From Eledone cirrhosa (Eukaryota): a stretch of DNA of 64,000 nt. Every line of letters begins with the position of its first letter. The stretch's first letter is position 1. The position numbers were made by a program, and so were the translations under genes. Location of the stretch: assembly GCA_964016885.1 (NCBI GenBank), contig OZ024765.1:14818001-14882000 (forward strand), written 5' to 3'. Positions 1-12,287 of this stretch are shown here, in pieces. The notes under the pieces were generated by a model that was not told the origin of the DNA, made no database searches, and saw only the letters and a program-made list of their open reading frames with translations.

Positions 1-1
1 A

Positions 2-1930
2 GTGTCTTCTGTAAGAGAAGGAACACCATCGGTAGTAGGCGCTTCATTAACTGAAAACACACAATCAGTAAGGGACCCTAAAAGAGGATCGGGGACATCT
101 ACGATACGAGAATCTTCACCAATAGCAAGCACACAAGAACCTAGAGTATCTACATTAGCAACAGACAGGTCCACAATCTCTAAACCAAGTAAACAAAGAG
201 AATCAGAAGATTCTACAAAAGGAGCAAGAAAGCCCCCAGCAACAGCGTCTACGAGATCATCAGCAGCAGAAGCGGGGTTTACAGCTTCAAGACCACCACC
301 ATCATCAGCAGAAGCGAGGTTTACAGCTTCAAGACCACCACCATCATCAGCAGAAGCGGGGTTTACAGCTTCAAGACCACCACCATCATCAGCAGAAGCG
401 AGGTTTACAGCTTCAAGACCACCATCATCATCAGCAGAAGCGGGGTTTACAGCTTCAAGACCACCGCCATCATCAGCAGAAGCGGGGTTTACAGCTTCAA
501 GACAACCACCATCATCAGCACAAGCGGGGTTTACAGCTTCAAGACCACCGCCATCATCAGCAGAAGCGGGGTTTACAGCTTCAAGACAACCACCATCATC
601 AGCACAAGCAGGGTTTACAGCTTCAAGACCACCGCCATCATCAGCAGAAGCGGGGTTTACAGCTTCAAGACAACCACCATCATCAGCACAAGCAGGGTTT
701 ACAGCTTCAAGACCACCACCATCATCAGCAGAAGCGAGGTTTACAGCTTCAAGACAACCACCATCATCAGCAGAAGCAGGGTTTACAGCATCAAGACAAC
801 CACCATCATCAGCAGAAGCAGGGTTTACAGCATCAAGACAACCACCCTCATCAGCACAAGCAGGGTTTACAGCTTCAAGACAACCACCCTCAACAGCACA
901 AGCAGGGTTTACAGCTTCAAGACAACCACCGTCAACAGCACAAGCAGGGTTTACAGCTTCAAGACAACCACCATCAACAGCACAAGCAGGGTTTACATCA
1001 TTAAGACCACCAAGAGTAATAGTAACAGCGGCAGCTTCAGCATCAGCATCACAGTTTTTTGGACCAATAGCAACAGCGGAAGCAATAGTAGGGTCTTTAG
1101 CAGTAGGACCATCATCAGCAGTACCGTTTGCAACACAACCAGCAAAAAAACCATCTCTAGAAACGACTATTTCAATAGCAACACCACCAACGGAAACGAA
1201 CCCAACAGCAGCAAGGACAACAACAGCAAGACAAATACCTATAGATACGGGTACTTCAATATACAGATCACCAATACAAGCGACTACAATAACAGAAAGA
1301 AGAACATCTATAGATCGGTTTACTTCAATAGGTACGTCGCCGATAACATCACCTCCAAGTACGCCAGCAGACATAAGAGCATTTATAGATGCGAATATTT
1401 CAACACCAAGATCGATAACACAAGAGACTACAAGAGGAAGGCCATTACCGTTTAGTACAGGAATACCATTAACAGCATCGACTGATACGGTGATAGCAGC
1501 GCCTGGTATTATATCAGTAACAACAACAACGGCACCCACTTTAGACACACTATCAGCAGCACGAAGCGGGGAAATTATAATATCAACACAAACAGTATCA
1601 ACAACACCGGCCATAATAGCAACTGGAGTGAAATTAACTAGCGCTGGGGAGGTAACAGTGACAGCAATAACAACACCAACAACACCATCAGGACCAGCCC
1701 TTACAACGATATCACCACTGACTGCAACTCCAATGAGAGAAGGGTTACCAGGAGCTACCCTAGCAAATAAACCATTAACAACAGCCTGGTCACCATCTAC
1801 AATACAGCAAACGAACCCATCACAGGCTCCAATATCAACATTACCACCACCAGGAACAGCAATAGTAACATCAACAACAATAACAATAGCAACAAGAAAC
1901 AGGGGGAACGAAGCAGGCAGGAAAACATAG
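2..1930 (+). CDS. Mucin-like Ser/Thr/Pro-rich coding exon, 5' end outside window
   Basis: 642-codon open frame with complex (non-microsatellite) sequence, PTS-rich composition and an in-frame 42-bp tandem repeat; open at the window edge, so the GTG at 2 is probably not a real start. Confidence 0.65.
   Translation: MSSVREGTPSVVGASLTENTQSVRDPKRGSGTSTIRESSPIASTQEPRVSTLATDRSTISKPSKQRESEDSTKGARKPPATASTRSSAAEAGFTASRPPPSSAEARFTASRPPPSSAEAGFTASRPPPSSAEARFTASRPPSSSAEAGFTASRPPPSSAEAGFTASRQPPSSAQAGFTASRPPPSSAEAGFTASRQPPSSAQAGFTASRPPPSSAEAGFTASRQPPSSAQAGFTASRPPPSSAEARFTASRQPPSSAEAGFTASRQPPSSAEAGFTASRQPPSSAQAGFTASRQPPSTAQAGFTASRQPPSTAQAGFTASRQPPSTAQAGFTSLRPPRVIVTAAASASASQFFGPIATAEAIVGSLAVGPSSAVPFATQPAKKPSLETTISIATPPTETNPTAARTTTARQIPIDTGTSIYRSPIQATTITERRTSIDRFTSIGTSPITSPPSTPADIRAFIDANISTPRSITQETTRGRPLPFSTGIPLTASTDTVIAAPGIISVTTTTAPTLDTLSAARSGEIIISTQTVSTTPAIIATGVKLTSAGEVTVTAITTPTTPSGPALTTISPLTATPMREGLPGATLANKPLTTAWSPSTIQQTNPSQAPISTLPPPGTAIVTSTTITIATRNRGNEAGRKT
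257..1010 (+). repeat. Coding tandem repeat, 18 x 42 bp (SSAEAGFTASRPPP / SSAQAGFTASRQPP)
   Basis: GCGGGGTTTACAGCTTCAAGAC recurs every 42 bp (e.g. 272, 314); 18 units counted in the translation; frame preserved throughout. Confidence 0.95.
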
Positions 1931-2181
1931 AGCACCAACAGTTGCTGCAACAGTAACGACATCAACTGCAGCTACAACAACGGCAACAACAACAGCAACA
2001 ACGACAAGACATCAGCAACGCCAACAGTAACAGCAGCAACAACAAAAACAACAACAACGCCAACAGCAACAACAACGCCAACAGACAGCAACAACAACAA
2101 CAACAACAGCAACAACAACGCCAACAGTAACGCCAACAGCAACAACAACAAGAGTAACGCCAACAGCAACAACAACAACGC

Positions 2182-2220
<39 letters not shown>

Positions 2221-2431
2221 CAACAACAACAACAACAGCAACAGCAACAACAACAACAACGCCAACAGCAGCAACAACAACAACAACAACAACAACAGTA
2301 ACGGCAACAACAACAACAACGCCAACAGCAACAACAACAACAACAACAACAACACCACCAGTAACAACAACAACAACACCACCAGTAACAACAACGCCAA
2401 CGGCAACAACAACAAGAGTAACGCCAACAGC

Positions 2432-2463
<32 letters not shown>

Positions 2464-2600
2464 GAGTAACAACAACAACAGCAACAACAGAATTAACAAA
2501 AACAACAAGAACATCACCATTAATAACAACAACAACAACAAGAGTAACGCCAACAGCAACAAAAAATCTAGAATCAAAATGGCGCCCAATACAACAGAAG
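1931..2600 (+). other. (CAA)n-derived Thr-rich or Asn-rich low-complexity continuation ending at a possible splice donor GAAG|GTAATA (2600/2601)
   Basis: The Thr/Pro-rich reading (TPTATTT) switches frame at ~1897, ~2008 and ~2084; the original frame has no stop after TAG 1928-1930. Confidence 0.35.
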
Positions 2601-2948
2601 GTAATACATATTCACCAATATGTTTGATACCTTATGAGTGCAACGAACATGTGGGGAAACTCTTTGCCAGAGGGTTTAAACTAGATACTGATTATTATGG
2701 ATATGATTATAGTGTTTACGGTTATGGCGGAGCTGTGTACGATGACGGTGGGGATAGCAATGAAAGCGAGGCCGATGACAATAATTCTAACGACGCCGCC
2801 GACTCCGACTCGGACGACGATGCCGATGAGGTCAATGCCGATGACGATGGGGAAGAAGAAGACGACGACCACGACGATGACGACGATGCCGATGACGATG
2901 ACGACGACGACGACGATGATAATGATGATGAAGATGATGATGATGATA

Positions 2949-2979
<31 letters not shown>

Positions 2980-3065
2980 CGATGATGATGATGATGATGA
3001 TGATGCTAACGATGACGGTGAAGACACTGATGATAATGTTGATGATGATGATGATAATGATGATA

Positions 3066-3096
<31 letters not shown>

Positions 3097-3363
3097 TGCT
3101 GCTGCTGCTGATGATGATGATTATGAACCCCAATCTGACACTGATGATGATGGTGATGACGGCGATATCGAAGACCTACTCCGAGGTTATTACAAAAGTG
3201 GTAGGAGTTGTTCGTACAGAGACGATGGCGCTGGCAATGTTAGCAATAATAATGTCGGTGATGGTGATGATGATGATGATGTTGGTGATGATGGTGATGG
3301 TGATGGTGTCGGTGATGATGGTGATGATGATGATGATGATGATGACGACGATGACGATGAGGT

Positions 3364-3423
<60 letters not shown>

Positions 3424-3613
3424 CGATGAGGTTGATGATGATGATGATGATGAGGTTGATTATGATACTGACGACATTGAGGATAGTGGGGAAGCTGATG
3501 ATGACGACCTCGTCAGCGATATTGGCGACGACGATGATGTTGACGAGGACGACTACGACGATACTGAAAACGATGCTGATAGTGATCATATTACCATATA
3601 TGTAGATGTTTAA
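2579..3613 (+). CDS. Possible Asp-rich acidic ORF (may be non-coding GAT-repeat DNA)
   Basis: 344-codon ORF in the same frame as the mucin exon; mixed GAC/GAT/GAG codons and complex linkers (DYYGYDYSVYGYGG, GDIEDLLRGYYKSG), but dominated by (GAT)n. Confidence 0.3.
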
Positions 3614-3808
3614 CGACCGCGTTCGATTTAGGCATTTTCACGTGGATTCGTCAGTGGAAAGATAAACAACAACAACAAAACCACCACCACCACCAACAAC
3701 AACAGCAACAACAACGCCAACAACAACGCCAACAACAACAACAATAATAATAATAGTTTCATTTATTGGCCACAAGGGCCGACATAGAGGGGACAATACA
3801 AAAGACTG

Positions 3809-4328
3809 ACGCCAGTGTATTACTGGTACTTTATTTTATCGACCTTTAAGGATGAAAGCAAAGTTAACTTCGTAGGGATTTGAACTCAGGACGTAAAGAG
3901 CCATAACTCTATGCTGAAAAGCATGGTGTCTGACGCTCAACCCAGACAAACTGCATTAATCTTTATAAACGAAGGGATTTTCAATACATGGAAAGCTATA
4001 TATATATTTAAGAAAAAGAAATTGAAAATGCAACTGGAATTTTTTAACAACATTTATTTACTTTACCGGTTTCACAGTTTAATGATTTTCAAAAGTAACA
4101 TTGCGATGGAGGGTCTGTGTTTCTGTTGTGGTATATTTATAATTGTTTCTACTTTAGGCACAAGGCCAGCAATTACCCAGTGCATTACTGGTACTTTATT
4201 TTATCGACCCCGTAAGGTTGAAAGGCAAAGACAACCTCGGCAGGATTTGAACTCAGATCGTAAAGGGACGTAACTATGCTTGAAAGCATGGCACCCGACC
4301 CTCTACCGATACTGCCAATTCACCGCCC
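3809..4328 (-). mobile_element. Two copies of a tRNA-derived SINE (partial 3809-3940; full-length 4141-4328)
   Basis: Minus strand reads GGGCGGTG..TGGCAGTATCGG (A box) ..GAGTTCAAATCC (B box) ..GCCTTTCA(T/A)CCTTACGGGGTCGATAAAATAAAGTACCAG core; TGGTATATT on both flanks of the full copy. Confidence 0.9.
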
Positions 4329-5482
4329 TTGGTATATTAATATATGTGGTATATATGTGGTATATTTGAAAATAGCTATAAAATTTGACGAAACATTAAA
4401 TATTTTCAAAATTCTTATAGAGAACGTGAAAAACCTTTGAGGTTAGCGACCTACCAACACAGTGTACAGGTAGCCTCTAGTTAAGTAGATGTTATTCTTT
4501 TTTTACTTTGTTTCACTACAACATTGCACGGAATGGAAAACAATCCAAGAACACAATCCAAGGAGAGACTACTTTTGAAATTATATTAATTACAAAATAA
4601 CAGACAAAAATATAACTATCGTTTCTTCAAAGTCCCGACTGCAGTTTCGCCGATCCGTGTCAACATCCTGCACTATAAAAATGTATCAATGCTGTGAGGT
4701 TAATACAGCTTATCAAGTCACCCCTCAGAAAAAAGGTCTGTTTATATATATGTATATGGTATATGTATATGATTTACTTATCGCAAAGAAGGTAATAAAG
4801 CTACTAAAATGAAAAGAGTTACTAAGAAATGAAAAGGGACAAGACAGAGAGGATATAATCTAAGAAGAGAGAGAGAGAGAGATAGAAGAGGACGATAGAT
4901 AATGCTTTTGAATTTCTGAAAATTGAAGCGAGAAGAGAGTTGCTAGAAAAGAAAATACGAAATAGAATTTACGATTGAATTATATGACTTCAACTGTAAA
5001 GGAATGAGGATAACAACAATAAAGCTACTATCTTGCATTAGTAGGACCTCCACAAATTTTTGCTCGCTCATCAGGCAGTATATAGACTTACCGGGGATCA
5101 TATGAATCACCCGCAAAGAAGCTAATGTTTTTCGGTGAGTGCATTAATAGAACTCACATCTTCTGGACTAAGGGTCGGCAATTTTTATAGTAATAAAAAT
5201 AATAATGTGAATAACAAGCTTTGTCGTCTTTTACATGTAGGTCAACAGAAATATATTGACACACATTCACAAGTGATGGTGTACATGGAAGGGGCGTTTT
5301 GTCTCTTTCACCAACACATGCGCACACAAACACATATATATATATCCAGAGGTTATATTTAATTTGTTGGGATTCAACAAGCTTAAACATTTTTTATAAC
5401 TGATATAAAGCACTCAAAGAATTGGTGGATTAAATATACAATATATTAATAAATGGAAGCTAGATTTATAAAACCATAATTA

Positions 5483-5544
5483 TTTTATTATATATATTTC
5501 AAGGGCAACCAAGGTAAATTATAGTGCGCTTTCATCAGATAAAA
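5483..5544 (-). ncRNA. Type I hammerhead ribozyme (left arm of a fold-back element)
   Basis: Minus strand: TTTTAT-CTGATGA-aagcgcac...gttgccctt-GAAA-TATATA-TA-ATAAAA; stem I TTTTAT/ATAAAA, both core boxes intact. Confidence 0.8.
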
Positions 5545-5650
5545 TATAGATTTGTTTTATATTTATTTTATTTATTTTATTTTAATTATTTTATTTGTTT
5601 TATATTTATTTTATATTTGTTTCAATATTTATTTATAAAACAAATGTGTA

Positions 5651-5712
5651 TTTTATCTGATGAAAGCGCACCATAATTTACCTTGGTTGCCCTTGAAATA
5701 TATATAATAAAA
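5651..5712 (+). ncRNA. Type I hammerhead ribozyme (right arm of a fold-back element)
   Basis: TTTTAT(5651)-CTGATGA(5657)-aagcgcacca/tggttgccctt-GAAA(5695)-TATATA-TA-ATAAAA; predicted cleavage after 5706. Confidence 0.85.
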
Positions 5713-5754
5713 AAATTCTGGTTTTTTAAATATAGTTTCCATTTATTAATATAT

Positions 5755-5815
<61 letters not shown>

Positions 5816-5877
5816 ACACACTATGAGATGTATTATGCTTTGAATGACACAATAAGATGAAAGATATATATATATAT

Positions 5878-5979
5878 AACGAAGGAAGTGTGGTAAGGAG
5901 CCAGTTGGACCACAGCCCACCAGTGTACTCGATACTGTGTGTAGTAGAGTGGGTAATAGGAAAAGAGTCAGTACCCCGA
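5878..5979 (-). mobile_element. Diverged partial copy of the ~140-nt (TA)n-embedded family (a further 3' fragment at 7102-7137)
   Basis: AACGAAGGAAGTGTGGTAAGGAGCCAG...GTAGTAGAGTGGGTAATAGGAAAA matches the copies at 43722, 49130 and 59932. Confidence 0.75.
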
Positions 5980-6317
5980 CACACATATATTTACAAATTA
6001 CAAGATTGCCTTTTAAAACAGCTGGTGATATGCATGTAAGTAAATATTCTCTCAGTCTGATAGTTTGTAAACTTACATAGATCAATAACTGAGTATAGAT
6101 ACAATGCATTATCACCATCTAGAAACGATCGTAAAGCAGTGAAGTATATCTCTAATTACTTGATTTTTTATTTCATTGTTTTAACTTATATCATGTCTCT
6201 GTTTTCCTTTTAATGTTTTATTGTTTTCTGAGATTTATCTTTACCTACAACATTTTCAACACATGGATTACATTGAGTTCTTCATACAGAATAGACCCCA
6301 CAACTTACAGTGGATAC

Positions 6318-9125
<2,808 letters not shown>

Positions 9126-9266
9126 AAGCTTAAACAAGGTTCAATGAATAAATCAAAGAATAAAGATTTACAATAGATTAGAAGGACTCCACAGTTATGG
9201 TTTTCCGGAGTTATTATTATTAATTCAAAATATTAACAAAAATAGACATTCGTGTGATCAAGTATA

Positions 9267-9329
9267 TTTTATTATACATATTTCAGAGGTACTGAGCTAA
9301 CTTCAACAGTACGTCCTCATCAGATAAAA
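9267..9329 (-). ncRNA. Type I hammerhead ribozyme
   Basis: Minus strand: TTTTAT-CTGATGA-ggacgtactg/cagtacctct-GAAA-TATGTA-TA-ATAAAA. Confidence 0.85.
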
Positions 9330-9514
9330 TAAGATGATGCATGACATACCCTGACTAAGTAGATGATTAAAATTCAGTCATGGCAGTGGTGCTATGTTGG
9401 TGGTGTTGGTGTTGTTGCAATGACTGAATATTAACCATCTACTTAGTCAGGGTATGTCATGCATCATCTTATTTTATCTGATGAGGACGTACTGTTGAAG
9501 ATAGCTCAGTACCT
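9287..9514. repeat. ~95-bp near-perfect inverted repeat (arms 9287-9382 and 9420-9514); right arm holds a hammerhead lacking GAAA
   Basis: AGGTACTGAGCTA...CAGTCAT pairs with ATGACTG...TAGCTCAGTACCT; CTGATGA at 9478 but CCTAAAATA replaces CCTCTGAAATA. Confidence 0.95.
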
Positions 9515-9939
9515 AAAATAACCGACATCAACAACTGCAACATCAACAACTTCAGTAACAACACAGCCACCATCACTACCAGCAACCACATCTCCAACAC
9601 GACACCGCCACCACCACCAACAACAATACCACTACCAACAACAACACCAACAAGTACCCCAGCGCACCACCTCCACTATGACAACAACAACAACACCACC
9701 ACCACCACCACCACCCACAACAACAACAACAACTACACCAGCCCCACCACCTCCACTATTACAACAACAGCACCACCACTACCAACACCAACACCACCAC
9801 CAACAACAACACCACCACCACCACCACTACAACAACAACAACGCCAACATCAACATGCTAAAAGTAAAGTCAGTTAAAATACTAAATAGACTGAAAGCAA
9901 AATATCACGAGAGCGTGAAACGTTTCCGTCAAAGGGAAC

Positions 9940-9969
9940 GTCACGTGGCTGTCGCGTGCCTGTCACGTG
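9940..9969. promoter_or_regulatory. Cluster of three E-box-like motifs at 11-bp spacing
   Basis: GTCACGTG (9940), GTCGCGTG (9951), GTCACGTG (9962) in a short unique island between triplet repeats. Confidence 0.35.
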
Positions 9970-10129
9970 AGTGTCAGCTTCCTCTTTAAAACAACAGGCT
10001 TTGATAATGGCAGAGAGCTTTCACATAAAGTGATCATATTGTATTGTTATGGTGACTGTAGGTGGTGGTGGTAGTGATGGCGCTGGTGTAGGTGGTGGTG
10101 GTGGTGCTGGTGTTGGAGCTGTTGGCGGT

Positions 10130-10565
10130 GGTGTTGCTGGTGAAGTGTTGGTGGCGGTGGTGGTGGTGTTGGAGGTCTTGGCGGTGGTGTTGCTGGTGAA
10201 GTGTTGGTGGTGGTGGTGGTGGGAGTGTTGCTGGTGAAGTGTTGGTGGCGGTGGTGGTGGTGGTGGTGGTGTTGGAGGTCTTGGCGGTGGTGTTGCTGGT
10301 GAAGTGTTGGTGGCGGTGGTGGTGGTGGTGGCGTTGGAGGTCTTGGCGGTGGTGTTGCTGGTGAAGTGTTGGTGGCGGTGGTGGTGGTGGTGGTGGTGGT
10401 GTTGGAGGTCTTGGCGGTGGTGTTGCTGGTGAAGTGTTGGTGGCGGTGGTGGCGGTGGTGGTGGTGGTGTTGGAGGTCTTGGCGGTGGTGTTGCTGGTGA
10501 AGTGTTGGTGGCGGTGGTGGTGGTGTTGGAGGTGTTGGTGGTGGGGGTGTTGCTGGTGAAGTGGT
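10130..10565. repeat. Minisatellite, ~60-72 bp units with variable (GGT)n
   Basis: GGAGGTCTTGGCGGTGGTGTTGCTGGTGAAGTGTTGG recurs about 6 times. Confidence 0.9.
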
Positions 10566-10855
10566 GGCGGCGGCGGCGGTGGTGGTGATGATGGTTTGGT
10601 GGTGGTATAGTGGTGTTGGTGGTTGTGGTGATGATGGTGATGGTGGTGGAATGGCGGCGGCGTGGTGGTGGTGGTGGTGGTGGTGGATTCAATGATGGGA
10701 AAGTTATAAGGGGCTGAAGGAGGCGGGGGGGGGGTCGAAGGAGGGGGTCGAGAGGGAGGTAGCAAGAGGTGAGGTGTGGTATTGTTGTCTGAAGATATGA
10801 CAGTATTTTAAATTGTCATTGAACAATAGCCAAATGTATTTCAGTTATAATATAA

Positions 10856-11263
10856 CTGTTTCAACTTTTGGCACAAGGCCAGCAAACACCCCAGTGTATT
10901 ACTGGTACTTTATCTTATCGACCCTGTAAGGATGAACGGCAAAGTTAACCTCGGCGGGATTTGAACCCAAATCATAAAGGGGCAATTTCAAATCTCGCCG
11001 AGGTTAACTTTGCCTTTCATCCGTACCGGGGTCGATAAAATAAAGTACCAGTAATACACTGGGGTCGATTTAAGACCCCCCCCGTCCCCTAAAATTGCTG
11101 GTCTTGTACCTAAAGTAGAAACTTACTGTTATTGGCCGCAGGGGCCTAATAATAATAATAATTGTTTCTACTTTTGGCACAAGGCCAGAAAATAACCATT
11201 TTATTACTGGTACTTTATCTAATCAACCCCGTAAGGATGAAAGGCAAAGTTAACCTCGGCGGG
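10856..11263. mobile_element. Three partial tRNA-SINE copies: minus 10856-10983, plus 10986-11122 (adjacent inverted pair), minus 11161-11263
   Basis: Same core (GGTACTTTATTTTATCGACCCCGTAAGGATGAAAGGCAAAG) in both orientations. Confidence 0.88.
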
Positions 11264-11285
11264 AATAATATGACATTCACGCATA

Positions 11286-11326
<41 letters not shown>

Positions 11327-11364
11327 AGGGGGTGTAACTAGGAGTTACTGCAGGCCCACCCGGG

Positions 11365-11599
11365 TGAGCACTCGATGTTTAGGTTCACTTCTGTGATGAT
11401 GTGTAGAGATCTACAGAGTGTAATATATAGAAAGGATAAAAAGGACGATTGGTTATTCCTTCATTGCATTTATTGATAGGTGACGCGCGTTTCGCCACTG
11501 ATCAGCTCAAGGTTCCATCTATATCGATCCTACCCGACTCAATAATCCGCAGCTCGACGGAATGCAATGAAGGAATAATCAGTCGTCCTTTTTATCCTT

Positions 11600-11602
<3 letters not shown>
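11365..11602 (-). mobile_element. Fold-back element with degenerate hammerhead-like motif
   Basis: Inverted arms 11428-11470 and 11561-11602; minus strand has GCGAAACGCGCGTC followed shortly by AATAAA, but the CTGATGA box is altered. Confidence 0.5.
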
Positions 11603-11640
<38 letters not shown>

Positions 11641-11814
11641 CCAGCACCACCTCTCAAACCTAATAAAATGCCTCTCTGTTTTTTTGTTCCTGTCTAATAT
11701 TTAACTATATGTATATTTTGTCGATCGACTTTCGTCAAATCGGACCGAGGAAACAATGTTTCCGTTGGTCTTTCCAATTGCTAATACTATCTATCGGTCG
11801 CAACTCCAGGTAGA

Positions 11815-11930
11815 AGGAGCAACGTGAAATAAAGTGTCTTGCTGAAGGACATAACGCATTGCCCGGTCGGGGAATCGAACTCACAACCTCACGATTGCGA
11901 ATCCAATTCTCTAACCACTCAGCCACACGC
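11815..11930 (-). mobile_element. 5' part of a second tRNA-derived (CORE-type) SINE
   Basis: Minus strand: TGGCTGAGTGG (A box), GAGTTCGATTCC (B box), then TGTCCTTCAGCAAGACACTT resembling the CORE domain. Confidence 0.75.
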
Positions 11931-12287
11931 CCACACACACACTATATATAAATATATATATATATATATAGAGGGAGAGAGAGAGAGGGGGGGATTGTGA
12001 TAGAGAGAATGAGAAAGGGAAAAAGAGAAAGAAAATGTAAGGAGGAAAGATGAGAGGTGGAGGGATATATATATATAGAGAGAGAGATAGACAGATAGAT
12101 ACAGAGAGATAGGGCGGGAGAGAGAGAGAGAGAGAGAAGGAAAGAAAGAGAGGTAGTTGGAGAATATATATGAAGTGTATGGAAGAAAGAGAGACAGGTA
12201 TAAAGAGAGATGGAAGTTAAACAGGTGTGTGAAGGGGGAGGTGGTGGTATAGATTGTAGGTATTGTGGTAGGGGCGGTCGGAGTGAC

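Larger units (their letters stand above)
5360..5759. mobile_element. Penelope-like pseudo-LTR fold-back element (arms ~5437-5560 and ~5625-5757)
   Basis: Inverted arms each containing a hammerhead; the 5360-5436 extension matches the reverse complement of 54520-54600; flanked by (TA)n. Confidence 0.7.

Noticed and set aside
1972-2589. 205-aa poly-Leu membrane-like ORF on the minus strand
   Set aside because: Antisense reading of (CAA)n.
4141-4328. tRNA genes suggested by A and B boxes
   Set aside because: No cloverleaf; the boxes belong to multi-copy SINE heads.
11326-11360. hAT-like terminus CAGGGGGTGTAACTAGG
   Set aside because: No partner TIR or target duplication found.
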